NCBI GenBank assembly: GCA_009691435.1
Contig: SICO01000002.1
Span: 1-39,403, forward strand
Direction: 5' to 3'
Source: Candidatus Saccharimonadota bacterium
GTDB taxonomy: Bacteria > Patescibacteriota > Saccharimonadia > CAILAD01 > BJGX01
Length of the DNA: 39,403 bases
A program made the translations under genes and the position numbers. Below are positions 1-9,261 of the stretch, piece by piece. How positions within the stretch are numbered: the stretch's first letter is position 1; each line of letters starts with the position of its first letter. A model generated the notes under the pieces. The model searched no databases. It worked only from the letters and a program-made list of their open reading frames with translations, and was not told the origin of the DNA.

Positions 1-240
1 GCCCATAATTTATTGGTACAAGTATTTTTTTGTTCACTAGAAATTAGTTCGGTCTATTCTGGGCTTAGTTGTGCCCTTTGGTGCATAGCCTTAAAAGGCA
101 CAGCAGTGCGTTGTTGAGGCTAATAACCTCCATATGGTTGGCATATAAGTAAACGCACGTTTAAACCTCCTAGGGCATTGCTAGCAATCTAGAACCAACA
201 GAATCTTTTAGCTACATGCCCCTACAGATCAATAACTATC

Positions 241-283
241 AAAAAAAGACCATATGGCTCTCTGCGAGCCGTTGGTCTTTTTT
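241..283. terminator. Bidirectional rho-independent hairpin; terminates ssrA on the minus strand
   Basis: Two-step stem AGACCA-tat-GGCTC-tctgc-GAGCC-gt-TGGTCT. It is flanked by an A-run (241-247) and a T-run (278-284) and sits directly 3' of the tmRNA CCA end. Confidence 0.7.
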
Positions 284-679
284 TGGTGGAGCTGGTGGGA
301 ATCGCACCCACGTCCGCTAAACTTTTATAACATGATATCTACGAGTGTAGTTGGCCTAAATTTGTTTAACAAGCTCTTAGGCCATAAAAGCCAGCCTAAA
401 TAACCTTAGCACTTGCTTGCTAATTGTAGTCTTATTCAACACCTAGCAAGAAATGTTGCTGCAACCTGATAAATGACGCCGATAACCCCCTATCAGGTAT
501 CAAGGGATCGACGGCTAATGACAATTAAGCAAAAGCTGGTGCGAACTTTGGTGCAAAAGCATTACTAATTCGCGATACAAACGATTTTGCATTTGTAGTT
601 TTTTGAGAACAGCTAACGTGTATTCTCAAACCGACTCGCAATCATATTTCAAGATTCAACGTCGAAGCTTGTCAGCCCC
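284..679 (-). ncRNA. ssrA: tmRNA (transfer-messenger RNA)
   Basis: The minus strand starts 5'-GGGGCTGACAAGCTTCGACG (from 679). It ends GGACGTGGGTGCGATTCCCACCAGCTCCACCA-3' (at 284). These are the canonical tRNA-Ala-like acceptor and T-arm halves of tmRNA. An internal frame (590..525, minus) reads GCA AAA TCG ... GCT TTT GCT TAA, giving a candidate tag AKSFVSRISNAFAPKFAPAFA. Confidence 0.9.
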
Positions 680-747
680 ATAACAAGAAACTATACCATA
701 AAAAGGACAATTACGCTAGTACTTCTATGGCACCTGTTACCTTATAA

Positions 748-1992
748 TTAACTACCAAGTAGCTTATGCTTTTTGAGCATTATAAACTGATAAATGCCAT
801 ATGCACCGACTAGCCCACCAGCGATAATCATTACTGAGGCTGGACTTATTAAATCGGCGGTAATACCCGCTAAAAGCACCGGCAGAGTTGCCGCAAGGTT
901 CATCATCATGTTCAGTGTACCAAATATCTTACCCCGCTCATCATCACTAGAATGAACCTGTAAAAGTGTCTGCGCCGAAACGCCAACCATGGCATTAGCA
1001 AGGCCTAGCCCGAAAGCTAAAATTACGACGATATAAGTATAGGTAGCTAGGCTACTGAAGTTTTTTGCAATACCGATACCAAGCAACGATACAGTTGCAA
1101 TTAGAATACCAAAATTAATTAACTGCACCTTACGAACATTGCGAAGTAGCTGCCCCACTAGCACCGAGCCAATAATCAACCCTAGGGCGACTGGCAATAT
1201 CAACTTATAGCTAACACTTGCTAGGCTCTGCCCAAATAATAAGATTGCCAACCCAGGTGCTACGACAGCTATAATGCAAATTATCATTTGCCCAATGGTC
1301 AAGTTGACTATTGGGATCAACAAAGCTGGAGTTTTAATTATTTTGGTAGTAGTCTGGCGAATCATTACGAAAACATCACGATTAATGTTCCTAATATTTA
1401 GCCCTTTCTGGCTAGCCTGTAGCTTTGGCAGCCCAAGGCTTAGTAGTGCGGAAATAGCAAAGGCCACCGCCGTAACCCAATACACGGAGTTAGTGCCCCA
1501 GGTGGAAATAATTGGTCCGGCCAAGCTATACCCAAGTATAAATGAGCTATACAGCGTGAATAAGAACAGCGAGTTAGCAACAACCAACTGCTTTTTATTG
1601 ACCAGCTTAGGTAGTGCAGCCGCTTCTGCTGGGGTAAAAAACTGTGAAAAAATCGAGATAGCAAAGACTAGTAGATAGACTAGTATTAGATTACTTTCAA
1701 AAAGTAAAAAACCCAAGACTAGAATTGCCCGAGCAACATTTGTTATGACCAAAACCTTCTTACGATCTAAGTAATCAACATATGCCCCAGCTAACACCGC
1801 GAAGACAACTGCTGGTATGGCAAATGATAAAATCAATAAACTAACCGCTATATTGGCATACTCAGTGTTAGCTGAAAGCTCAAAAACTCTAATAATAAGC
1901 GCAAAATTTAATAAATTAGCAGCCAGTTGCGAAAACAATTGAGCTAACCAGTTTTTAAGAAAATTGCGATTGGTTAAAACACTCTTATACAT
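748..1992 (-). CDS. MFS-type transporter (about 12 TM helices)
   Basis: 414 aa ORF, hydrophobic throughout with repeated TM-length segments and short basic loops (DRKK after TM2), typical of major facilitator proteins. Confidence 0.7.
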   Translation of the reverse strand: MYKSVLTNRNFLKNWLAQLFSQLAANLLNFALIIRVFELSANTEYANIAVSLLILSFAIPAVVFAVLAGAYVDYLDRKKVLVITNVARAILVLGFLLFESNLILVYLLVFAISIFSQFFTPAEAAALPKLVNKKQLVVANSLFLFTLYSSFILGYSLAGPIISTWGTNSVYWVTAVAFAISALLSLGLPKLQASQKGLNIRNINRDVFVMIRQTTTKIIKTPALLIPIVNLTIGQMIICIIAVVAPGLAILLFGQSLASVSYKLILPVALGLIIGSVLVGQLLRNVRKVQLINFGILIATVSLLGIGIAKNFSSLATYTYIVVILAFGLGLANAMVGVSAQTLLQVHSSDDERGKIFGTLNMMMNLAATLPVLLAGITADLISPASVMIIAGGLVGAYGIYQFIMLKKHKLLGS

Positions 1993-2224
1993 GGTTTATG
2001 ATTTATACTGCATGATTATTATTGGCACGGGTTGCTTTGTCATATGCGACCGATGTCCGCATATAGTATATTAGCAGTTTATGGCTACCTGAACCAAATT
2101 TACAAAAATATTATTTACTAGGCTGGCGCCTTAGTTGGCTTGCAACGCCAGTAGAAAATATAGAATTTATACTTATTTTAGTGCGTCAAAACAAATTTAA
2201 TGACATAATAGACTAGATTAGTTT

Positions 2225-3253
2225 ATGAAAAAACTCTACACCATCAATGTAATATCCGATAGTGCGTTCACCGTTCAGGGCCATGGCGTGCATACCGCTT
2301 ATACCGAACATCTCGCTGGACTCAAGAAATACTCACCAGCATTTGAGGTGCACACCAACCAAAAAAATTTCCATGCCGACATCGTACATATTCATACAGT
2401 AGGATTCTATGGGCTTAGATTCCTACTATCTCGTGGGGGTTTAAAATTTGTTTCAGCGCATGTTGTGCCAGATTCATTTATAGGAAGTTTGGTAGGGGCA
2501 AAGCTTTGGTACCCTCTAGCTAAATGGTACCTTAGATGGTTCTATAACCATGCTGATGGCGTCTTTGCAGTCAGCCACGAAGTAGCTGGCCAGCTTAAGC
2601 AATTACGGGTCACTAAGCCAACCTATGTTGTGCCCAATATGATCGAGACTGCGGAGTTTGCTAATTCGACTGATAAAAAAGCCAGCGCTAGGAGAGATTT
2701 AAAGATAGGAAAAGATAAGTTTGTGGTGGTTTGTAGCGGCCAAGTACAGCCGCGCAAACGAGTCGATAGCTTTATGGCCTGTGCTAAAAATCTCCCCGAG
2801 ATAGAATTTATTTGGGTGGGTGGCATCCCCTTCAAGCGGGCGGCGGCAAACTACAAGGAAATGCAAAGACTAATGGATACTGCTCCGCCAAATGTCCACT
2901 TTACAGGAGTCATAGAACACAAGGATGTTATTGCCTACTACCTAGCCTCTGATATGTTCTTCTTGCCATCCGAACAAGAAACCTTTGGTATAGTAATAAT
3001 TGAAGGTGCGGCGGCTGATTTGCCAGTACTGCTCCGCGATAACGAGCAGTATCATATCACTTTCAAAGATTGGTACGAGAAGGCCTCCAGCGACCAGGGC
3101 TTTACTGATATCATTAAAAAGTTATCTACTGATAAAAATTACTACCTAAGGGCCCAAACGAAAGCCAAAAACATTGTTAAGGCCTATGATACTAAAAATG
3201 TAATGCTTGAAATTAACAAAATCTATCTAGAATATCTGGAACAAACAAAATGA
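2225..3253 (+). CDS. GT4-family glycosyltransferase, CpoA-like (possible glycolipid synthase)
   Basis: 342 aa. The N-terminus INVISDSAFTVQGHGVHTAYTE resembles CpoA-type diglycosyl-DAG synthases. The C-terminal EQETFGIVIIEGAA is the GT4 E-x7-E region. The stop overlaps the next GT4 start (ATGA). Confidence 0.7.
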   Translation: MKKLYTINVISDSAFTVQGHGVHTAYTEHLAGLKKYSPAFEVHTNQKNFHADIVHIHTVGFYGLRFLLSRGGLKFVSAHVVPDSFIGSLVGAKLWYPLAKWYLRWFYNHADGVFAVSHEVAGQLKQLRVTKPTYVVPNMIETAEFANSTDKKASARRDLKIGKDKFVVVCSGQVQPRKRVDSFMACAKNLPEIEFIWVGGIPFKRAAANYKEMQRLMDTAPPNVHFTGVIEHKDVIAYYLASDMFFLPSEQETFGIVIIEGAAADLPVLLRDNEQYHITFKDWYEKASSDQGFTDIIKKLSTDKNYYLRAQTKAKNIVKAYDTKNVMLEINKIYLEYLEQTK

Positions 3254-4485
3254 AAATTGGATTTTTTACAGACCGCTATTACCCGCAAGTAGATGGTGTC
3301 GCTGTTTCGGTCGAGCTGTTTGCTAAGGAACTCATAAAACTTGGCCATGAGGTGGTAATCTTTGCACCACAGTCGGCGGATAAGAAACAAGTTGATCCGC
3401 CGTACGTCATACGGTTTCGCTCGTTCCCTAGCATTTGGTATGAGGATCACCGCGATACCATGCCGTTCACCCCGTCGACTATAAAAAGAGTCCATGAACA
3501 AAATCTAGATATTGCCCATATCCATACTCCCGCCCAAATAGGCGTGCTAGGGATGCGAGTTGCTAAAGAAAGTGGGATACCAATGGTAGCAACTCACCAT
3601 TGTGATATTGAACAATACGTAAGGGTTTATAAAAAAATGCTAATAGGGGTTTTGGTGGGCATTTTAATTGCGCCGGCCCTAGCAAAATCAACTGATTCAT
3701 ACAAAGAGCTTTTGCCATATCTAAAGCCACAAAAATCTATTAAGGTCTGGAATCATAAGCTGATTCTAGAAAGTGTAGGGATCTTTTATCATCACTGCAA
3801 TGCTGTTATTGCCCCATCTGTCAAAATGGTTAATTCACTCAAGGACTACGACACAATTAATAATGTCTATCTCCTGCCAACTGGCGTGGACTTCAAAGCG
3901 ACCCAAATAAAAACCGATTTTAACCCAAAACAATATTACCAAATAGACGATAATTGTCCCCTCCTGCTTTTTGTTGGTCGGCTCGGTAAAGAAAAAAATG
4001 TCCAATTAATTATCCGTAGCATGCCAAAAATCCTCGAGAGAAGTCCTAGTACTAAGTTATTAATAGTTGGCGATGGTCCTTACGCCCAGGAGCTAAGTGA
4101 GCTAGCTGAGTCCACTGGAGCTAGCCCGAGCATTATATTTACAGGCATGCTGGATAGAGCCCGAACCCTGGCCTGCTTTAAGGCTGGTGACATTTTTTGC
4201 TTCGCTTCCCTAACTGATACCCAAGGGTTGGTGCTCAATGAAGCCGCCGCCGTAGCTAAGCCGATGGTCTTTGTGGACCCTGCCATATCCGCCCTAGCAA
4301 CAGATAAAGTTACTGGCATACTAGCAAATGCTTCTGCCTCAAGCTTTAGTAGTGCTTGCATCAAACTCATTAATAACAAAGCTCTGGCTGAAACTTATGG
4401 CAAAAAAGCCAAAAGTTTAGCTCTAACCATGACTATTGCCAAACAAGCCAAAAAACTCCTCAAAATATACCTTGATATAGTTTGA
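3250..4485 (+). CDS. GT4-family glycosyltransferase, alMGS/Spr0982-like (possible monoglycosyl-DAG synthase)
   Basis: 411 aa. The N-terminus MKIGFFTDRYYPQVDGVAVSV...LGHEVVIFAP is the typical GT4 N-terminal Rossmann start. FVGRLGKEKN and TDTQGLVLNEAAA motifs are present. Confidence 0.7.
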   Translation: MKIGFFTDRYYPQVDGVAVSVELFAKELIKLGHEVVIFAPQSADKKQVDPPYVIRFRSFPSIWYEDHRDTMPFTPSTIKRVHEQNLDIAHIHTPAQIGVLGMRVAKESGIPMVATHHCDIEQYVRVYKKMLIGVLVGILIAPALAKSTDSYKELLPYLKPQKSIKVWNHKLILESVGIFYHHCNAVIAPSVKMVNSLKDYDTINNVYLLPTGVDFKATQIKTDFNPKQYYQIDDNCPLLLFVGRLGKEKNVQLIIRSMPKILERSPSTKLLIVGDGPYAQELSELAESTGASPSIIFTGMLDRARTLACFKAGDIFCFASLTDTQGLVLNEAAAVAKPMVFVDPAISALATDKVTGILANASASSFSSACIKLINNKALAETYGKKAKSLALTMTIAKQAKKLLKIYLDIV

Positions 4486-4527
4486 GTAATATAGCAATCG
4501 ACCTAAAAGCTTGCTAACATAAGAGGT

Positions 4528-5631
4528 ATGAGCCCAACAGCAAAACAAGCCCAGCCATCTAATAATTTCCATCAAAATATAAAACATACCAGCAAGTCAA
4601 CCAAAGTTGCCTTTGACGATTCCTTTATTGATTATGTAGCCTGCCAAATAAAGACCGAGGGAGCAAACCCCGATGACGCCTGGCAATGCAAGGCCGTTAT
4701 ACTAGATGTTGAAGGGGTAGAGACAGAAATTAGGCGTGATTACATCTTTGATGAATACGTAATAATTTCGCCCGGACGAGGTAAGAGACCATATGATACT
4801 CACAAAAACCGGCATCCCTTAATAGAGACTGCCGATAGCCCCAGACTTGATAAAGAAAAAGAGGTATCTAGCATCAAAAGTGGAGGTGACTGGCTGGTGA
4901 AGGTTGTCAAAAACCACTTTCCGGCGTTAACTATGGAAAATCCTAAAGCTCACGGTCGACAAGAAATAGTAATAGATACGCCACGAGCCAATACTCCATT
5001 TGCTATGCTTTCTGTGGCACAAATTGAGCGGGTTTTAAAAGTTTATCAGATGCGGACTACAGAACTACTACGCCAAAAAGGCATTGCATATGTGCTTGTT
5101 TTTCGTAATGATGGCTTTGAAGCTGGGGCTAGTTTAGCACATGCTCATAGCCAAATTTTTGCCCTGCCAATTATTCCTAAGAGATTTGTCGAACACTCTA
5201 AACATATCGAAGAATATTTTATAGATAAGAAAAAAGAGCCAATTGAAGATATTATTGCCTTTGAGAGAGAGAAAAAAAAGCGCGTTATTGCCGAAGATGA
5301 ACACTTCATCGTTATCTGCCCCTATGCTTCGCAGTACCCTTTTGAAACTTGGCTGATCCCTAAAAAACATACTATTAACTTTAACCAGCTCAATGGATCC
5401 CAGCTAGAGTCCTGTGCCCAACAACTCAAACACCTGACTCAAAAACTAACTAGCGCTCAAATTAGTTATAATTTTTTTATTGAGAATGGCAGTAGCCCCC
5501 ACAATCGTTGCATTATAAAGCTCTACGGCCGGAGTAGCATCTGGGGTGGGTTTGAGGTTGCTACGGGCATGGTTATTAACACTGTACCCCCAGAATCGGC
5601 TGCACGCTGGTACCGTGAGGGGCTTAAGTAA
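4528..5631 (+). CDS. GalT-like nucleotidyltransferase (HIT superfamily, galactose-1-P uridylyltransferase / ADP-glucose phosphorylase branch)
   Basis: 367 aa. The active-site-like motif is SLAHAHSQIFALP (H-x-H-x-Q), with a two-half GalT-like architecture. The N-terminal ~70 aa are an unrelated extension. No CxxC zinc motif was seen in the first half. Confidence 0.6.
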   Translation: MSPTAKQAQPSNNFHQNIKHTSKSTKVAFDDSFIDYVACQIKTEGANPDDAWQCKAVILDVEGVETEIRRDYIFDEYVIISPGRGKRPYDTHKNRHPLIETADSPRLDKEKEVSSIKSGGDWLVKVVKNHFPALTMENPKAHGRQEIVIDTPRANTPFAMLSVAQIERVLKVYQMRTTELLRQKGIAYVLVFRNDGFEAGASLAHAHSQIFALPIIPKRFVEHSKHIEEYFIDKKKEPIEDIIAFEREKKKRVIAEDEHFIVICPYASQYPFETWLIPKKHTINFNQLNGSQLESCAQQLKHLTQKLTSAQISYNFFIENGSSPHNRCIIKLYGRSSIWGGFEVATGMVINTVPPESAARWYREGLK

Positions 5632-5708
5632 CCAAAAACTTTTTATAGTTGTTATGCTTGCTTTTCGCTTTTTGTTTGTATAATATGGTTATAAACAAGG
5701 GGGTTGCA

Positions 5709-7205
5709 ATGCTAGCTAAGGTAAATACTATTACTAATATCGGTCTTGATAGTCAATTAATTGAAGTTGAGGCCGATATGAGCAATGGCCTGCCGGGATT
5801 TATTGTGGTGGGGCTTGCCAATAAGGCTGTTGATGAAGCTAAGGAGCGCGTTCGTTCGGCAATTAAGAACTCTGGGCTGAACCTTCCGCCAAGAAAAATA
5901 ACACTCAATCTAGCTCCTGCTGATTTGCCTAAAAATGGCTCTGGTTTTGACTTAGCAATGGCCATAAGCCTGCTGGTAGCAAGTAAGCAGATTGAGCCAA
6001 TTGCTCAATCTTCAGCTTTTCTAGGTGAACTCGGGCTAGACGGAACTATGCGAGCTGTTCCTGGAGCACTAGGAGCTGCTCAAGCCTGCAGACACAATAA
6101 AATTACAGATTTATACATATCATCTGCCGTTGCTAGCCAGGCCGCGCTAGTAAAAGGCATCAACATCTACCCAGTTGATTCACTCAATAATCTGTATAAG
6201 CACCTAATTAATGAAAAGCCCATTGCCCCACTACCACCAACGCCAATCAAGGCCATACAGCCCACGGCGGAGGTAGATTTCAATGAAGTCTACGGGCAAG
6301 AGCAAGCCAAACGAGCCATTGAGATTGCCGCCAGCGGGAATCATAATATTCTGCTAAGTGGCCCGCCAGGATCTGGTAAATCGATGCTAGCTAAGTCGTT
6401 AGTTGGGCTATTGCCAGCACCAAGCTACGAGGAATCACTTGAAATCACTAAAATTCATAGCTTAATAGGACAAAATAGTGGTGGCATTATCTCTACCAGG
6501 CCGTATCGCCATCCTCACCATACCGCCAGCAATATAGCCCTAATTGGCGGTGGGCAGTGGCCAAAACCAGGTGAAATTAGCCTGGCCCATAGGGGTGTGC
6601 TGTTCCTAGATGAACTCCCCGAATTCGCCCGCAATGTTTTAGAGGTATTAAGACAGCCTCTCGAGGAAGGTTCTGTAACGATTGCCAGGGCAGCATCATC
6701 GCAAAGCTATCCAGCCCGTTTTTTGTTAGTAGCAGCTCAAAATCCCTGCCCTTGTGGTTATGCTGGCGACCAAGACGCTATCTGTAGCTGCTCACCATCC
6801 CAAATCCAAAAATATAGCAATAAAGTCTCTGGGCCATTACTAGATAGGCTAGATTTAATTGTGAATGTCGGTAGAGTAAAAAAAGCCCAGCTAATCGACA
6901 CTAAAACTTACGAATCTACCGGCCAAGTTCGCCAGAGGGTTATTAAGGCGCGGGTTATTCAGGAACAAAGATTTGCCAAAGAAGCTATTAAAACAAATAA
7001 TGAAATGAATAATAAACAAATTAAAAAATACTGTGCCCTCGAAGCTGATGCTAAATTATTGCTAGAGCAAGCCCTAACGAATCTCAAGCTTTCTGCCAGA
7101 GCCTACATGAGAGTTCTAAAGGTCAGCCGTACTATTGCCGACATTGAAGCAGCAATTAGTATCAAGCCTCACCATATCGCTGAAGCGCTACAATATAGGA
7201 TCTAA
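5709..7205 (+). CDS. comM: Mg-chelatase-like AAA+ protein YifB/ComM
   Basis: Motifs: N-terminal GLPGFIVVGL, Walker A LSGPPGSGKSML, Walker B GVLFLDELPEF, and the CPCGY...CSC zinc motif. The start is moved to M21 (5709), which has an AAGGGGG SD 6-13 nt upstream. The ORF-track start at 5649 adds a non-homologous hydrophobic extension. Confidence 0.88.
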   Translation: MLAKVNTITNIGLDSQLIEVEADMSNGLPGFIVVGLANKAVDEAKERVRSAIKNSGLNLPPRKITLNLAPADLPKNGSGFDLAMAISLLVASKQIEPIAQSSAFLGELGLDGTMRAVPGALGAAQACRHNKITDLYISSAVASQAALVKGINIYPVDSLNNLYKHLINEKPIAPLPPTPIKAIQPTAEVDFNEVYGQEQAKRAIEIAASGNHNILLSGPPGSGKSMLAKSLVGLLPAPSYEESLEITKIHSLIGQNSGGIISTRPYRHPHHTASNIALIGGGQWPKPGEISLAHRGVLFLDELPEFARNVLEVLRQPLEEGSVTIARAASSQSYPARFLLVAAQNPCPCGYAGDQDAICSCSPSQIQKYSNKVSGPLLDRLDLIVNVGRVKKAQLIDTKTYESTGQVRQRVIKARVIQEQRFAKEAIKTNNEMNNKQIKKYCALEADAKLLLEQALTNLKLSARAYMRVLKVSRTIADIEAAISIKPHHIAEALQYRI

Positions 7206-7525
7206 ATTTTAATATTAATTAAGCCGTAAAACGAATTAGAAATATTTTGGTTCGACATGAGCATCATCAGCACCACAAAAATACCAATAATCATTACCAA
7301 TAAAAATAAGCTATATTTTACATCCGATAATACTGCACTATTGCTGTATTTTTTGTCTGGCATAGCTACTGGTTTTGTTTTTGGCTCATCCTTAACGGTA
7401 GCCATTGCTGTTGCTGTCTCATGATTTGCTGTCTCTAAAGTGTTAGTTGTAGTTTTTACTACACCGCTACTTTGATGTCGTTTGTTTCTTTTTTTCTTAT
7501 GCTTTTTACGCTTTGACATAATCAT
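7202..7525 (-). CDS. Hypothetical small tail-anchored membrane protein with a highly basic N-terminus
   Basis: 107 aa: a KRKKHKKKRNKRH N-terminus, a Thr/Ala-rich linker and a single C-terminal TM (LFLLVMIIGIFVVLMMLM). It is convergent with comM, with a 4-nt overlap of ORF ends. Confidence 0.5.
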   Translation of the reverse strand: MIMSKRKKHKKKRNKRHQSSGVVKTTTNTLETANHETATAMATVKDEPKTKPVAMPDKKYSNSAVLSDVKYSLFLLVMIIGIFVVLMMLMSNQNISNSFYGLINIKI

Positions 7526-7567
7526 CTCTCCTTTGTATTAATAATATAGTAATCCTATAATCAAAAG

Positions 7568-7597
7568 TTGCCAAGTTCCCTACCTTAAACGTATAAT
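7568..7597 (+). promoter_or_regulatory. Sigma70-like promoter for the DUF4446-bactofilin operon
   Basis: TTGCCA (7568-7573), 18-nt spacer, TATAAT (7592-7597). An AAAGGGG SD follows, then ATG at 7618. Confidence 0.5.
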
Positions 7598-7617
7598 GTT
7601 TTTTAAGAAAGGGGCGT

Positions 7618-8082
7618 ATGGAATTTATATTATTTTTAGTACTAACCATAACTATTGGCCTGGCTGGCTATACCTTTTGGCAACAGCTTAGCTTACAGAA
7701 AAAATATGGCCAATTCTTAAAAGGGGCCGAGGCTAAAGGCATTGAGACTGCCATAAAAAATTATTCTAAGGATGTTGATAAAGCTCTATCCCAAATAGAT
7801 GAGCTAGCTGGCTTTGCTGCTAAAATGCACAAAACCCAACAGCTTGCGATATCAAAAATCGGGCTGGTACGATTCAATCCGTTTGGTGACACCGGCGGGG
7901 ATCAAAGCTTTTGCATTGCCCTACTAGACCACACCGATAGCGGGATTGTTATATCCGCCATCCATGCCAGATCTGGCACCAGGGTTTATGCTAAGGATAT
8001 TATAGAGAGCAAGTCCCCCCACAATTTATCAAAGGAAGAAAATAAGGCAATCCTAGAAGCTGCCAAACTAAAAAGCAAATGA
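7618..8082 (+). CDS. DUF4446-like protein (N-terminal TM anchor)
   Basis: 154 aa with an N-terminal TM. The core RFNPFGDTGGDQSFCIALLD...GIVISAIHARSGTRVYAK matches my memory of the DUF4446 signature. Confidence 0.5.
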   Translation: MEFILFLVLTITIGLAGYTFWQQLSLQKKYGQFLKGAEAKGIETAIKNYSKDVDKALSQIDELAGFAAKMHKTQQLAISKIGLVRFNPFGDTGGDQSFCIALLDHTDSGIVISAIHARSGTRVYAKDIIESKSPHNLSKEENKAILEAAKLKSK

Positions 8083-8447
8083 TGATAGATAAGACAAAAA
8101 AGGGACATATCTCAGATTTAGTAGGTTTTTCGGGGTTTTATATTGGCACCGAAGTTATTGCCACTGGCGATATTAAAAGCGAAGAAGATATATTTATTGA
8201 CGGCAGCTACAAAGGCACTGTCAAAACTGCTGGAGCTGTTGAAATAGGCAAAAACGCTAATGTCATCGGCAGTATCGAGGCTCGCTCAATAACCATAGAA
8301 GGTCAAGTCAAGGGTGCTATTATAGCGCTAGATGATATTACGGTGGCGAGTTGCGGTGAACTAACCGGTAGTGCTGAAGGTAAAAATATCAATATAGATT
8401 TAGGTGCTTTAGTAAAAGCCCGGATTACTTCAGGTAGAAATGTATAA
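8079..8447 (+). CDS. Bactofilin-family polymer-forming cytoskeletal protein
   Basis: 122 aa with beta-helical repeat character (IFIDGSYKGTVKTAGAVEIGKNANVIGSIEARSITIEGQVKGAI). 4-nt overlap with the upstream gene. Confidence 0.7.
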   Translation: MMIDKTKKGHISDLVGFSGFYIGTEVIATGDIKSEEDIFIDGSYKGTVKTAGAVEIGKNANVIGSIEARSITIEGQVKGAIIALDDITVASCGELTGSAEGKNINIDLGALVKARITSGRNV

Positions 8448-9240
8448 ATATATCCAGAATAGCCTCTCGCAAACTAAAATTGATGAGCAGTTAACTAACA
8501 AAATCCATGCCGAGCTCATTAAGCATCATATAGATTCTGAATTTTTATCCTTTAGCTCCGAGAAAGAGCTCACAAATTTACTCAACTCAATAGACAAAGT
8601 AAGTACTAGCACGCTAGTGATTATCGGTGACGATAATGATTTTAATATTCTTATTGGGCTAATCGGGAAACTTGGAGCAGACCCCGCAATCGGCTACCTG
8701 CCAATTGCCAAGTCGGCAGTAGCGAAAGCCCTACAGATTCATAATTATCTAGACGCCGCACAAGCCTTGGCGCAAAGAAAAATTATAGAAAAAACAATAT
8801 ACTCTATATCTTCTAGGTATTTTTATGATGAAATACACTTACATACGGAGCCAAACGGCACGGGTACCAAGGATAACAGCATGAAGATAAAAACAGAAAC
8901 CGGCCTAGAGCTCTCCCTGCCTGCCTCAAGTCTTAAATTTGAAAACCTCAATGAAGATCGCTATCTAAATGATACCCCGATACAAATCAATGCTTACTCT
9001 CCAGCCAATAATATCCTTCATAGCAAAGGCTTAAAAGCTAAAATTATAAATATTTTGATAAAAAATCCTCAACCACTAGGAAAATCAATGTTAAACCTGC
9101 ACGCAAAAATGTTTAAGATAGAAAGTACCAATAATCTTGTCGATAATTTGGGTAGAAAATATAAAAATACGTTAATTATTGGCAAACATAATAGTAAAAT
9201 TAGACTCATTGCAAAAAAACTAACTAAAAAAGCAAATTAA
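8440..9240 (+). CDS. Hypothetical protein; possible degenerate DAGK/YegS-like lipid-kinase fold
   Basis: 266 aa. LVIIGDDNDFNILIG...IGYLPIAKSAVAKAL aligns by eye to the DAGK_cat GGDGT...P.GT.N segments, but the catalytic glycines and threonine are replaced. 8-nt overlap with the bactofilin gene. Confidence 0.35.
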   Translation: MYKYIQNSLSQTKIDEQLTNKIHAELIKHHIDSEFLSFSSEKELTNLLNSIDKVSTSTLVIIGDDNDFNILIGLIGKLGADPAIGYLPIAKSAVAKALQIHNYLDAAQALAQRKIIEKTIYSISSRYFYDEIHLHTEPNGTGTKDNSMKIKTETGLELSLPASSLKFENLNEDRYLNDTPIQINAYSPANNILHSKGLKAKIINILIKNPQPLGKSMLNLHAKMFKIESTNNLVDNLGRKYKNTLIIGKHNSKIRLIAKKLTKKAN

Positions 9241-9261
9241 AATGACTCTTGCTACCAGCTC

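Noticed and set aside
1274-1678. Antisense and shadow ORFs in the track. Examples are 1274-1678, 1440-1664, 2623-2835, 4080-4379, 10725-10910, 19797-20240, 27962-28339, 29039-29233, 32036-32365, 35719-36078 and 36461-36733.
   Set aside because: Each lies wholly inside a longer ORF on the opposite strand or in another frame that has clear family motifs. None has an SD or a recognisable domain.
2042-2064. Inverted repeat ATATGCG-N9-CGCATAT in the divergent MFS/GT4 intergenic region
   Set aside because: A 7-bp arm in AT-rich intergenic DNA is not statistically compelling, and no second copy or partner regulator is evident.
5649-5708. Upstream start for comM
   Set aside because: The 20 extra residues are hydrophobic and non-homologous. 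The Met at 5709 has a strong SD and matches the family N-terminus.
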